DNA from: Eledone cirrhosa
Lineage: Eukaryota
Direction of reading: 5' to 3'
NCBI GenBank assembly: GCA_964016885.1
Contig: CAXHJY010001510.1
Location: 1 to 64,000 of the forward strand
DNA length: 64,000 bases
The position numbers were made by a program, and so were the translations under genes. Shown in pieces: positions 32,350-46,807 of the stretch; the first letter of the stretch is position 1, and every line of letters begins with the position of its first letter. The notes beneath the pieces were generated by a model, which saw nothing but the letters and a program-made list of their open reading frames with translations, had not been told where the DNA came from and did not search any database.

Positions 32350-33978
32350 TTTAACCCCTTTTCATTACCATATTTCTAATGAAAGACACAGTCTATGTTT
32401 AACCCTTCCATTACCATATTTCTAATGAAAGACACTGTCTATGTCTTTAACCCTTTCGTTACCCTATTTCTAATGAAAGACACTACCTATGTCTTTAACC
32501 CTTTCGTTACCATATTTCTAATGAAAGACACTACCTATGTCTTTAACCCTTTCATTACCATATTTCTAATGAAAGACACTACCTATGTCTTTAACCCTTT
32601 CATTACCATATTTCTAATGAAAGACACTGCCTATGTCTTTAACCCTTTCATTACCATATTTCTAATGAAAGACACTGCCTATGTCTTTAACCCTTTCATT
32701 ACCATATTTCTAATGAAAGACACTGCCTATGTCTTTAACCCTTTCGTTACCATATTTCTAATGAAAGACACTACCTATGTTTAACCCTTTCGTTACCCTA
32801 TTTCTAATGAAAGACACTACCTATGTCTTTAACCCTTTCGTTACCCTATTTCTAATGAAAGACACTGCCTATGTCTTTAACCCTTTCCTTACCATATTTC
32901 TAATGAAAGACACTGCCTATGTCATTAACCCTTTCATTACCATATTTCTAATGAAAGACACTGCCTATGTCTTTAACCCTTTCATTACCATATTTCTAAT
33001 GAAAGACACTGCCTATGTCTTTAACCCTTTCCTTACCATATTTCTAATGAAAGACACTGCCTATGTCTTTAACCCTTTCATTACCATATTTCTAATGAAA
33101 GACACTGCCTATGTCATTAACCCTTTCATTACCATATTTCTAATGAAAGACACTGCCTATGTCTTTAACCCTTTCATTACCATATTTCTAATGAAAGACA
33201 CTGCCTATGTCTTTAACCCTTTCATTACCATATTTCTAATGAAAGACACTGCCTATGTCTTTAACCCTTTCATTACCATATTTCTAATGAAAGACACTGC
33301 CTATGTCTTTAACCCTTTCGTTACCATATTTCTAATGAAAGACACTGCCTATGTCTTTAACCCTTTCGTTACCATATTTCTAATGAAAGACACTACCTAT
33401 GTTTAACCCTTTCGTTACCCTATTTCTAATGAAAGACACTACCTATGTCTTTAACCCTTTCGTTACCATATTTCTAATGAAAGACACTGCCTATGTCTTT
33501 AACCCTTTCCTTACCATATTTCTAATGAAAGACACTGCCTATGTCATTAACCCTTTCCTTACCATATTTCTAATGAAAGACACTGCCTATGTCTTTAACC
33601 CTTTCGTTACCCTATTTCTAATGAAAGACACTACCTATGTCTTTAACCCTTTCGTTACCATATTTCTAATGAAAGACACTACCTATGTTTAACCCTTTCG
33701 TTACCATATTTCTAATGAAAGACACTGCCTATGTCTTTAACCCTTTCCTTACCATATTTCTAATGAAAGACACTGCCTATGTCTTTAACCCTTTCCTTAC
33801 CATATTTCTAATGAAGAACACTACCTATGTCTTTAACCCTTTCCTTACCATATTTCTAATGAAAGACACTGCCTATGTCTTTAACCCTTTCCTTACCATA
33901 TTTCTAATGAAGAACACTACCTATGTCTTTAACCCTTTCATTACCATATTTCTAATGAAGGACACTGTCTATATTTAA
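32350..33978. repeat. 48-bp minisatellite, about 34 copies
   Basis: Unit TTAACCCTTTCVTTACCATATTTCTAATGAAAGACACTRCCTATGTCT, with 46-bp variants near 32395, 32777, 33399 and 33685. Confidence 0.96.
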
Positions 33979-34334
33979 CTCTGAGCATCGAAAACACAAC
34001 CCGAAAAGAAGAACTGGTCAACATCATCCGAACCTGCAGGACTTTTTTCAGGGTTTCCCTCTCCTAGAAAGTTGTGATAACAACTGGGGGCCTTCACTCC
34101 CAGGTGAAATAAAAGTTCTATTTTGATGGCATGGCCGTTGATTCTGTTGAGTTCCTCCGCCCTTCGCCGAGTCTTGTATTTCATCCCGTAGGGTGTCCAA
34201 ATATCACCCTCCTCACCAAGCAAGCTTGGTGGGGCTGCCGGTTTAGTCGCCGACGACCCGACCATTAGACAGGTTGTACTGGGTTACATGTTACCAGTAG
34301 CATTCGAGAGCGACCTAACATTACATACATACAT

Positions 34335-34670
34335 AAATACATACATACCCTGACTATACCTTCAGATTTATACCTGTGATTATTGGGGCACTGGGGTATG
34401 TTAGTAACTGCCACAGTACAAATCTTGAGAAGCTGGGCTTCACAGAAATACATACATACCCTGACTATACCTTCAGATTTATACCTGTGATTATTGGGGC
34501 ACTGGGGTATGTTAGTAACTGCCACAGTACAAATCTTGAGAAGCTGGGCTTCACAGAAATACATACATACCCTGACTATACCTTCAGATTTATACCTGTG
34601 ATTATTGGGGCACTGGGGTATGTTAGTAACTGCCACAGTACAAATCTTGAGAAGCTGGGCTTCACAGAAA
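34335..34670. repeat. 111-bp tandem repeat, 3 essentially identical copies
   Basis: TGACTATACC recurs at 34351, 34462 and 34573. Confidence 0.93.
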
Positions 34671-35115
34671 CAGAAAGAACGTGATTAGTTAGGAAATTAC
34701 AAGTACAATCCATTAATGGAACAATAAAAATATGTAAAACATTCCCAAATTCTGCATCTAATAACTGCATATACACATGTAGAGATACAAAACGTAGGTA
34801 CATTCACACATATATAACTCAACACATACACATACACACATACAATAACACCCCATACCTGCACATGCATGCAGACATACATATCTACCTAGTTGATGTG
34901 TAAATTATAAAACCAGAAACATACATATAATGTATTACACACACATATACATATAATATATATATATAATATATATATATATATACATACACACACACAC
35001 ACAACATATTATATATATATATACACACACATACACACACACTATATATATATATATACAGACACATACATTATATACATACATACGCACATACATACAG
35101 ATATATGTGCGTGTA

Positions 35116-35147
<32 letters not shown>

Positions 35148-35470
35148 CGTACGTTATTCAGGGTTGAATCGGAGGTCACCACAGTAAGTAAAGTACTCAA
35201 TACATTGCAGAGTATAAAAGTTTTAATATAGATGAGATTCTACAGGACTAGAACTGTTTCATTCTTTAGAAATCATCATCATCATATCAACTGTTTCATT
35301 CTTTAGAAATCATCATCATCATCATATATATACGCACATATGTCTGTACGTATGTGTGTGTGTATATATATATATATTATATATATATACACACGCATGT
35401 AGAGACAGGGTGACAGTCAGACAGTGAGGTGCGCGACCGTGTGTGTGTGTGTGCGTGCGTGCGCGCGTCA

Positions 35471-35502
<32 letters not shown>

Positions 35503-36245
35503 TGTATTGTACCACACTGTATCGTCCTTGTACCGTCTTTAATGTTTTCTTAATGTGAGCCATGAAGGTTTAATATAGAAAGTATTGTGATGGTGGGGTG
35601 GTAGTAGTAGTAGTAGTGGTGGTGGTGGTGGTGGTGGTGGTGTGTGGTAGTAGTAGTAGTGGTGGCGGTGGCGGTAATAGTGGTGGTGGGGGGTGGTAGT
35701 AGGGGTGGTAGTGGTAGTAGTAGTGGTGTTTGGTAGTAGTGGTAGTGGTAGTAGTAGTAGTGGTGGTGGTGGTGTTGGTAGTAGTGGTAGTAGTAGTGGT
35801 GGTGATAGTGCTGATGAGTATGTATACCTGCGTGTATGTGTGTGTATGTATGTATGTATGTATATATATAATATATATGTGTGTGTATATATCTGTATAC
35901 CTGCGTGTATGTGTGTGTATGTATGTATGTTATATATATATATATGTGTGTATATATCTGTATACCTGCGTGTATGTGTGTGTATGTATGTATGTATATA
36001 TATATATATATATATATGTGTGTATAATATATGTTATACCTGCGTGTTTGTGTGTGTATGTATGTATGTATATATATATATATATATATGTGTGTGTATA
36101 TATATGTTATACCTGCGTGTATGTGTGTGTATGTATGTATAAAGGGGCAAGGAGGAGCTCTTAAGAGTCAATGGCCATCCAAAATCACCGGGAGAGATGA
36201 CCCCTTAGCCTTTGTCAAGGCAAAATTCTAAGGAAAACTCTGATA

Positions 36246-36597
36246 TAACACCTGCAACTCTGATGGTATCCAATGATGTTGACTTGTTCTTCTTTTTGGT
36301 AAATATCATCTTGGGTTAAGAGAGTGGGACTGGCTTTGTGCAGTGCCTTTGCTCACTATAAAAGCTTCACGACACAGGCAATTGCTTTATATTTTGAGAT
36401 CTCTCTGCAGTTGTCATCACATGGTACCATGGGCCCAGCACTATGTGTCAATAATTGTCACAAGTGTAGTGTTTGTACCAGAGTTTTCAAGTCGCTGGCT
36501 GAACTAAAAAGTCACACTCGTTCAGCCCATCGGTAGGGGTTCTCCTACATGGATATAAAGTAGTGGCCGTACTCGAAAACGAGTTGGCAGCCACCAT
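36246..36597 (+). mobile_element. RTE-like LINE 3' end fragment, copy 1
   Basis: Encodes a terminal C2H2 finger [23 protein letters not shown], followed by a short 3' UTR with the hairpin ACTCGAAAACGAGT and a microsatellite tail. Confidence 0.55.
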
Positions 36598-36659
36598 ATA
36601 TATATATATGTGTGTATATATATGTATACCTGCGTGTATGTGTGTGTATGTATGTATAT

Positions 36660-37010
36660 ATAACACCTGCAACGCTGTTGGTATCCAATGATGTTGACTT
36701 GTTCTTCTTTTTGGTAAATATCATCTTGGTTAAGAGAGTGGGGACTGGCTTTGTGCAGTGCCTTTGCTCACTATAAAAGCTTCACGACACAGGCATTGCT
36801 TTATATCTGGAGATCTCTCTACACTTGTCGTCACATGGTACCATGGGCCCAGCACTATGTGTCAATAATTGTCACAGGTGTAGTGTTTGTACCAGAGTTT
36901 TCAAGTCGCTGGCTGGACTAAAAAGTCACACTCGTTCAGCGCATCGGTAGGGGCTCTCCTACATGGATATAAAGTAGTGGCCGTACTCGAAAACGAGTTG
37001 GCAGCCACCA
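36660..37010 (+). mobile_element. RTE-like LINE 3' end fragment, copy 2 (local tandem duplication)
   Basis: Near-identical direct repeat of 36246-36597. Confidence 0.55.
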
Positions 37011-37013
37011 TAT

Positions 37014-37066
<53 letters not shown>

Positions 37067-37158
37067 TATATGTGTGTGTGTATATATCTGTATACCTGCG
37101 TGTATGCGTGTGTATGTATGTATATGTATCTGTATACCTGCGTGTATGTGTGTGTATG

Positions 37159-37193
<35 letters not shown>

Positions 37194-37216
37194 ACCTGCG
37201 TGTATGTGTGTGTATG

Positions 37217-37261
<45 letters not shown>

Positions 37262-37445
37262 ATATATATGTATACCTGCGTGTATGTGTGTGTATGCATG
37301 TGTGTGTATATATATATATATGTGTGTGTGTGTATATGTAGTGTATGTGTGTGTATGTATATATATATATGTATATATATGTGTGTATATATCTGTATAC
37401 CTGCGTGTATGTGTGTGTATGTATGTATATATATACATATATATC

Positions 37446-37525
<80 letters not shown>

Positions 37526-37854
37526 CACATATATATATATATATATATACATATATACACATATATATATATGTGTATATATATGTATACCTGCGTGTAT
37601 ATGATGGTAGCATTGACTCAGCTGTCCTGGTCTCTGATGAGGCATGCGAGAAGAGATAAGATCGTAACGTGTCAAGTTCAAGACCCGGTTTCGATTCCTG
37701 GTTGAGGACCTTTCACCTCACTAACGCAGCCAATGCCCTTGAAATCCTATCTTCACCGCCTCTTCACCAGAAATCGATATTTTTCATTCGTTGCCAATGT
37801 AAAGCTAATGCATTTTTATTATTATTATTGTTGTTGTTGTTGTTGTTTTTTTTT

Positions 37855-37918
37855 TTATAGTTATCTCTGTGTCTGTGTGTTTGTACGTCTTTATATCTCT
37901 CTCTCTCTCTATAGTGTT

Positions 37919-37950
<32 letters not shown>

Positions 37951-37980
37951 GTTTCTCTCTCTCTATCTATCTATAGTGTT

Positions 37981-38030
<50 letters not shown>

Positions 38031-38058
38031 CTCTCTCTCTATCTATCTATAATGTTAA

Positions 38059-38097
<39 letters not shown>

Positions 38098-38210
38098 GTG
38101 TTATCTGACTCTCTCCCTCTCTCTCTCTCTCCCCCTCTCTCTCTCTATCTATCTATAGTGTTAACTGACTCTCTCTCTCTCTTTCTCTCTCTCTCTCTAG
38201 TGTTATCTGA

Positions 38211-38241
<31 letters not shown>

Positions 38242-38254
38242 GTGTTATCTGACT

Positions 38255-38295
<41 letters not shown>

Positions 38296-38392
38296 CTCTC
38301 TCTATCGTGTTATCTGACTGTTTCTCTCGGTTTATTTACTTGTCACTCTCTCTCTCTCTATATATATAGTGTTATCTGACTGTCTCTCTCTC

Positions 38393-38457
<65 letters not shown>

Positions 38458-38540
38458 ATCGTGTTATCTGACTGTCTGTTTCTCTCTCTCGGTTTATTTA
38501 CTTGTCTCTCTCTCTCTATCTATAGTGTTATCTGACTGTC

Positions 38541-38577
<37 letters not shown>

Positions 38578-38580
38578 ACT
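37855..38580. repeat. TAGTGTTATCTGAC core interspersed with (CT)n
   Basis: The core recurs about 10 times. Confidence 0.85.
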
Positions 38581-39197
38581 TGTCTGTCTGTCTCTCTCTC
38601 TCTCTCTCAATCTATCTATCTATTTACCCATATATCTATCTATCTACCTGTCTATCTATCTAGTCTATATGTCTCTCAATCTATCTATCTGTCTATCCGA
38701 TATATCTACCTACCGACCCACCTACCCTCCTACCCACCTACTTACCTACTACCCATCTACCTACCTACCTATCTATCTATCTATCTATCCATCCATCTAT
38801 TTCTAACGTTATATCTATATATATACACCTGCTAGTCTCGTAGCTAGCTACCGTTCTTCTCAAGCTTTCTACCGGTACACACATTTAAAATGGCAGACAA
38901 CTACACGTGCTTTTTCTCTCCATTTTCTCTTTCAGTTACCTTCTCTCTCTCTCTCTATATATATATATATCTCTCTCTCTCTCATTTCTTCTCTCTTCTA
39001 AACATCTTTTCTTCTCTCTGTGTAACTACCTTCCGATGAAGGACTAGTGTCCGAAGCGTTTACATTCTTTTCTGACATCCTAAATATCGTATCCTGGATA
39101 AACGTATATAGGAAGTTAGAAAAGAGTGTAAACGTTTCGGAGACCAGTATATTTCTCCAATGTACTGTGTTGTTTCCTTTATTATTTCTATTTACCG

Positions 39198-39572
39198 GTG
39201 GATTGGCAGTATCGGTAGAGGGTCGGACGCCATGCTTTCCAGCATAGTTACGTCCCTTTCCGATCTGAGTTCCGCCGAGGTTGACTTTGCCTTTCATCCT
39301 TACGGGGTCGATAAAATAAAGTACCAGTAATGCACTGGGTAATTGCTGGCCTTGTGCCTAAAGTAGAAACAATTATTTCTATTTACCTGGATTGGCAGTA
39401 TCGGTAGAGGGTCGGACGCCATGCTTTGACGCATTGAGTTACGGCCATTGCCATTCTGAGTTCACATCCCGCCGAGGTCAACTTTGCCGCTCATCCTTAC
39501 GGGGTCGATAAAATAAAGTACCAGTAATGTACTGAGTAATTGCTGGCCTTGTGCCAAAAGTAGAAACAATTA
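39198..39572 (+). mobile_element. Two tandem SINE copies
   Basis: Copies at 39198-39372 and 39388-39570, separated and flanked by TTATTTCTATTTACC. Confidence 0.85.
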
Positions 39573-40269
39573 TTTCTATTTACCTTTTACACACTCTCAC
39601 ACACGCAGTGGGGAGAGAGTTGAAGGTATGTGTTGCGTATGCGCACGTTTGAGCATTGAAGCCAACCAACCAACAAACCAGCTAGACAACGACCCAGCCA
39701 ACTACCCAGCCAGCCAACCAGCCAGCCAGCTAGAGAACAAGTCAACCAACCATCCAACGAACCGGATAACCAACCAACCAACCAGCCAGCCAGACAACCA
39801 ACCAACCAGCCAACCAGCCAGACATCTGGACAGGCAGTCAGCCAGTCAGCCAGTCAGTCAAACAGACATCTGGACAGGCAGTCACCACCACGACCACCAC
39901 GACCATCGTCACCACCACCACCACCGCGACGACGACGACGACGACGTCCGCCGCCGCCACCACTACCAACACCACGACGACCATCACCATCACCATCACC
40001 ATCATCACCCCCATCACCACCGCCAACTTAATCCACTTCCAAGTTCATCTTTTCTAAGCTACCCCCCCCCCATCTCCCCCCCCCCCATCATTATCCTTCT
40101 CCTCCCCCTCCTCCTTCTCCCTCCCCCTCTCTCATTTCGTCTAATATACCTCTACCTCCGCCACCACACTCCGCTGGTGGTTGTTCGCGCACTTTCGCTT
40201 CTCTCTCATTCTCACACGCTTGCTTCTCTCACGCACAATGTTCTTTCTTTCTTTCTTTCTTTCTTTCTT

Positions 40270-40462
40270 TCCTTCTCTTTCTCTCCAACTCTGTGTTTCC
40301 ACTCTTTCCTTCTCTTTCTCTCCAGCTCTGTGTTTCCACTCTTTCCTTCTCTTTCTCTCCAACTCTGTGTTTCCACTCTTTCCTTCTCTTTCTCTCCAGC
40401 TCTGTGTTTCCACTCTTTCCTTCTCTTTCTCTCCAGCTCTGTGTTTCCACTCTTTCCTTCTC
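40270..40462. repeat. 37-bp pyrimidine-rich minisatellite, about 5 copies; a second ACCATGTATTAG-core array at 40665-40980
   Basis: CTCTGTGTTTCCACTCTTTCCTTCTCTTTCTCTCCAR repeated. Confidence 0.88.
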
Positions 40463-41102
40463 TCTTATACTTCTCTCACGCACATTTTTCTTTCTTCCTT
40501 TCTTCCTTTCTTTCCTTCATTTTTTTCTTTCCTTCTCTTTCTCTCCTCTGTGTTTCCACTCTTTCCTTCTCTCTCATTCTCACACGCTTTCTTACTTCTC
40601 TCACGCACATTTTTCTTCTTTCTTTCTTTCTTTCTTCCCCCCCCCTCCCATCTCTCTCTCTCTACCACCACCAACATGTATTAGTCTTTCTGCCCCCTCT
40701 TTCCACCACCACCACCACCACCATGTATTAGACCCTCTCCCCCCTCTCGCCACCACCACCATGTATTAGACTCTCTCCCCCCTCTCACCACCACCATCAC
40801 CATGTATTAGACCCTCTCCCCCTCTCACCACCACCACCATGTATTAGACCCTCTCCCCCCTCTCGCCACCACCACCATGTATTAGACTCTCTCCTCCCTC
40901 TCGCCACCACCACCACCACCACCATGTATTAGTCTCTCTCTCGCCACCACCACCACCACCACCACCACCATGTATTAGTTCCTCTCCAGCTCCTGCACAA
41001 CACATTCTTCCATCTGGAACTCCCATAGAACCCATTCGTTCCTCCCACATTTGCCGTACCTATTCTAAACTATTACCCTGTCTCCTCTCCACTGTTTCTC
41101 TC

Positions 41103-41203
<101 letters not shown>

Positions 41204-41206
41204 TAG

Positions 41207-41257
41207 GGCTTCCTGATGATTTCTCCCGAATGAAACAGTTCTAGTCCTGTAGAAACC
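41207..41257 (+). ncRNA. Type I hammerhead (family A)
   Basis: GGCUUC CUGAUGA U UUC UCCC GAA U GAAACAG UUCUAGUC CUGU A GAAACC. Confidence 0.7.
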
Positions 41258-41338
41258 ATTTCTATATTAAATATTTATACTCTGCTATGTATTGAGTACC
41301 TTACTTACTGTGGTTAACCCCCGATTGAACTCGGGATA

Positions 41339-41384
<46 letters not shown>

Positions 41385-41386
<2 letters not shown>

Positions 41387-41630
41387 GTTGTTCCCCAGTA
41401 TTCGCGGAAGTTACGTTCATAGAACACCTGCGAAGAGTGAAAAACAAACAAAACAACCGCGAATATTGGACGTGGTCTATAAAAATGCCTATAAATGTCA
41501 AAACGACGTAAAATATAGGCCGGCAAATACGGTATATTGTTATTAATTTCGCGTTAAAAAGCGTGAAAAAAAAATATATATATATTGCCACGAAAAAAAG
41601 CTATAAAAAATCGCAGAAGATATTTATATA
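41385..41630. mobile_element. Truncated copy of the same MITE family as 58706-59086
   Basis: CAGTTGTTCCCCAGTATTCGCGGAAGTTACGTTC...GGACGTGGTC...AAAAATGC...ATTGCCACG aligns by eye. Confidence 0.65.
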
Positions 41631-42325
41631 TGTATTTGTGTACGTGAAGACACGTGGTTTAAAGTTTAGAGTGTTCGGCTCACAAACCGTAAGACCGTGA
41701 GTTTGATTCTCGGCAGCACGTTGTGTCCTTGAGCAAGATACTTTGTTTAATGTTGCTCCAGTTTACTGAGCTGAGCTGGGGATGGAGGTGGAGGAATAAG
41801 TTGTACCTATAATACAAATGGCCTGCATTGCCAAACAAACACTGTGTCACTGCATTTTTCACAGAGAACTGCGCTAAGCGTGCAACGTATCTATCTGCAC
41901 ATTAACTTTAGAAGTAAGCAGCTCCGTTGTTTGAACAACTGGAACACTCATCATTAAAACTGACGGAGACCCCCCCCACACACACACTTTAACTCTCATT
42001 ACTCTTCTATCTTTATCTCTCTCTCCCTCTCTCTGTTTAACTTACTATTCCTTCCCACCTCCTACTCCTATATATCCCCTCACGTATAACAGACACTTTA
42101 ACTTTACCATTTCAGCCTCTTACTCTGCCTGCAGCTCAATTTTAACCACCACCTTTATATTCCTTTCCTCTTACTTCGCCTCCGTACAGCCAGCGATTCT
42201 TGCACACACACACACACACACATACATAAACACACGCACACACACATAAATATACGCACAAACACATGCACACACGCACAAAATCTATCTCTCTCTCTCT
42301 CCCGACCTTTATCTATCTATTAATT

Positions 42326-42360
<35 letters not shown>

Positions 42361-43163
42361 GTATACATATATATATACGGTCCTGTAGATAATTTCTGTA
42401 TAAAATACGATATATATATATATACTAAATGTATGTATGACCTATTCATCTATCTGTCTGTCTAACTAGCGTCTCGCTAACACCCCCTCTCTCTTTTTCT
42501 CTTACTCCCCCTCTAATTCTCCCTCAACCTAACACTCACACTACACTCCCCTTCATTAAGCTTCACTTTACAAGTTTTACTCCTACAGAAACATTTGCTA
42601 CCTCTACGTTCAACATACCTCATACACCCCCTCTCTCATTTTCTTTATATATTTCTTTACATCTTATACACTCTCTCTCACTCTCTGTTCCCCTCTCTCT
42701 AAATCTCCCTCTCTCTCTGTTCCTCTCTATTCTCTTCTAGCACCCCCCTCTCTTAACTATTTCAATCACTTTTACTTATTCGCTTCTTCTTCTAGTCGCT
42801 TCTTCCTCTCTTTCTCTCGTTATCTTGTTAGGCTTGAGCACGCACACATACACACACATATATATATACATACACATTATACACACACGCATACATATAC
42901 CCAGACACACACGCATGCATATATATATACAGACACATACATACCCACAGATACACACTCATACACATACATATACCCCACACACACATACATATATAGA
43001 CACACACTCATAGACATACACATACACACAGAAGCACACACGCATGCATACACCTGTTCATACACACACATACTCATACACATACATATGTATACAAACA
43101 CATACACACGCATGCATACATATGTATGTATATATATATATATATACACATACACAGGCATGC

Positions 43164-43195
<32 letters not shown>

Positions 43196-43344
43196 ACATG
43201 CATACATACACCTGTTCATACACACACACACTCATACACATACATATGTATACAAACACATACACACGCATGCATACACATGTATGTATATATATATATA
43301 TACACATACACACACATACATACACCTGTTCAGACACACGCATG

Positions 43345-43398
<54 letters not shown>

Positions 43399-45429
43399 CA
43401 CATGCATACATACACCTGTTCATACACACACATACTCATACACATACATATGTATACAAACACATACACACGCATGCATACATATGTATGTGTATATATA
43501 TATATATATACACCTGTTCATACACACATATTTACCTATAGACTAAAGTGTGCGTATGTCTACATGTGTATGTGTTTGTGTGTGTCTGTCTATGTATATG
43601 TGTCGTTGTCGTTGCATGTGTGTGTATCTGTGTATGTCTGAGTGTGTGTGTATATCTGTGTATGTGTGTGTGTCTGTGTATGTGTGTGTGTGTGTGTCTG
43701 AGTGTGTGTATGACTATCCGTGTCTGTGTATGTCTGCGTGTGTGTGTGTATGTCTGAGTGTGTCTGTATGTGTATGTCTGAGCGTGTGTGTGTGTGTGTC
43801 TGCCTGTGTATGTGTGTGTCTGTGTGTGTATGTCTGAGTGTGTGTGTGCATATGTGTCGCGGTGAATGTGTGTATGTATGTTTGAGTGTGTGTGTGTATC
43901 TGTGTTTATTATCGTGTGTATATGTGTTGCGGTGAATGTGTCTGTATGTGTGTCTATGTATGTCTGTATGTGTATCTGTATCTGTATGTGTGTGTATGTA
44001 TGTCTGTATCTGTGTGTGTGTATGTCTGTATCTGTGTGTGTGTCTGTATGTATCTCTGTATCTGTGTGTGTCTGTATCTGTGTGTAGGTCTGTATCAGTG
44101 TATGTATGTATCTGTGTGTGTGTGTGTGTGTGTCTGTGTGTGTCTGTATCTATGTATGTGTATGTGTGTTCGTGTCTTTTTGTGACACTGACTATCTACT
44201 TCAGAATACCTTCCTCTCGCTTCTCCCCTTTATCGCGGCTTACTCACACCTTTCCTCACGCACCTACACCTTCCCCTCCTTACCACTCAGCCTTTCTCTC
44301 TCACTAACACCCTCTCTTACATTTATACCTCCTACTCTCTCACTACAAACACACACATACATATATATATATATAATGAAAAAAAAGTGTCTCACACACA
44401 CACATATATATATATATATACACATACATACACAAACTCCGGTTCTCACTACCTTCTTTCTCGTTATCTTCCTCCTCCTGCCTCATCCCTCTTCTCTCTG
44501 GTTGCCCCTCCCTTTATAATTTAACCTCCCCTTCTTCCTCCCACTACCACTCCTTCAATCATGATTATTTTCTATACCTCTCTCTTACTCTTTCACTATT
44601 TACGTTCTTTATATTCTGTCTTCCTCTCTTTCTCTCTCTCTCTCTTTCCCCCCTCTTTTCTTCCTACTTCTTTCACTCTTACTTACACTCACACACAAAT
44701 TGTTAATTTGCCCTTCCCCCTCTCTCTTTTTCCTTTCCTCCTTCTTCCTCCCCCTCCTCCTCCTTTGCCTACTAATTACCGTCAGCCTAGCCACCACTAC
44801 CAAACCACCACCATTACCACTACCACTACCACTACTACTACCACTACCACTACCACTACCACCACTACTACTACTACCACTACCACTACTACCACTACTA
44901 CTACCACCATTAGCACTATTGTGACCACCACCGCCACCACTTTCTTTAATCCAGCCACCTCCACCTCCCCCATTACTTCTTCAGACACACCTCTTTCCTC
45001 CCTCCCTCTTCTTTCATCACCCTCTTCAACATCATCATTATAAAATCATCATCATCATCATCATCTTCCTCATCTTCATCTCATCATCGTTATTATCTAT
45101 CCTCCTTCTCTCTCTCTCTCTCTCCCTCTCTCTCTCTCTCTCTCCCGTCCCCGTAACATTACCGCTACCGCCCCCCTCTCTCCGTCGCACACATACTCAC
45201 CGCTGTCACCCCACCCCCACCCTCTCTTTATCTATCTATCTATCTATCAATCACGTTAATCACTGTACCATTACCACAACTACAACCGCAACTGCCACCA
45301 GCACCACCGACACCACTGTACAACCACCAGCACCACCGACACCACTGTACAACCACCAGCAACACCACCATCACCATTATCACTGTACCACCTCCACCAA
45401 ACACCAATACCATCACCACTGTACAACCA

Positions 45430-45955
45430 CCACCACCAGTACTAGCGCTGTACAGTGACCACCGCCGCCACCACCACCACCAGTACTAGCGCTGTACAAA
45501 TGACCACCGCCACCATCACCAGTACTAGTGCTGTACAGTGACCAACGCCACTACCACCACCAGTACTAGTGCTGTACAAATGACCACCGCCACCACCATC
45601 ACCAGTACTAGTGCTGTACAAATGACCACCGCCACCACCAACACCACCATCACCAGTACTAGTGCTGTACAAATGACCACCACCACCACCACCAGTACTA
45701 GCGCTGTACAGTGACCACCGCCACCACCACCACCATCACCAGTACTAGCGCTGTACAAATGACCACCGCCACCACCATCACCAGTACTAGCGCTGTACAG
45801 TGACCACCGCCACCACCAACACCACCACCATCACCAGTACTAGTGCTGTACAAATGACCACCGCCACCACCATCACCAGTACTAGCGCTGTACAGTGACC
45901 ACCGCCACCACCACCACCATCACCAGTACTAGTGCTGTACAAATGACCAGCGCTG
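45430..45955. repeat. About 40-bp variable minisatellite
   Basis: CCAGTACTAGYGCTGTACARDTGACC plus (CAC)n. Confidence 0.88.
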
Positions 45956-46735
45956 CTGTTAAGTCACAGACTTAGTAAAAGTTTTCGGCTTTATTTAGCC
46001 ACAGGTCATTGCTGATCGTCGCAAGACCAGTCTAGCTTTCACTAACCAATATTTACTTCCGCGTTTTTAAAAATTGTTTTTACCGTAAAGACAACAGTGT
46101 ATGATTTGAGATTTGACTGCTATTTTTAGGAGGTAAAGCAAGCACATAGAGGCACACGTTCTTTGGATCTAAGTTTGTAAAGTTGTTGTTGCTGTCGTTT
46201 TTTTTTTTTTGTTTTTTTGGTCACAGGTAATTTATGACGGAGCTACCTATAAATTCTAGGTGCAAATAGTTTATCTCAAAACTACTATATCGCTCTGACA
46301 ATGTGTTCTTCCTCTTTTGGTGGGGGTTTTAGAGATAAAGAGAGGTGTGTGACTGCTCTTTCTAGCATGTCCCCCGACCACCAAGCTTCACGGGTTAGTT
46401 TAAAGTTAAAAGACCATGAGGAGTTGTAGACATGAACCAGCTTCAATGACAGTCAGAGATTTTCTAAGCACTGCATGTAGTAGAAATAGATAGATAGATA
46501 TATATATATATAGAGAGAGAGAGAGAGGCGACATCTCTCAATGACATCCCACGGAGAATACTACTACTACTACTACTACTACTACAGCGTAATACACGCA
46601 TATCCATAATATATTTATATATACATATATACATAATATATATATATATATACACACATATATATATATACACACACACACACACATATATATATATAAA
46701 TATATATATATACACACACATATATAAATATATAT

Positions 46736-46807
<72 letters not shown>

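Noticed and set aside
32350-33978. CRISPR-like, coding or hammerhead-array reading of the 48-bp repeat (CUAAUGA followed by an AAGAC/GUCUU stem)
   Set aside because: There are no unique spacers or cas genes. The ORFs arise from a unit length divisible by 3. The putative core lacks G5 and the downstream GAAA.
36324-36536. Stand-alone C2H2 zinc-finger gene
   Set aside because: A single terminal finger in a duplicated fragment with a retroposon-like tail fits a LINE 3' end better.
37605-37712. tRNA-like sequence with GTTTCGATTCC
   Set aside because: Only a T-arm-like half is recognisable and no cloverleaf forms; probably a SINE relic.
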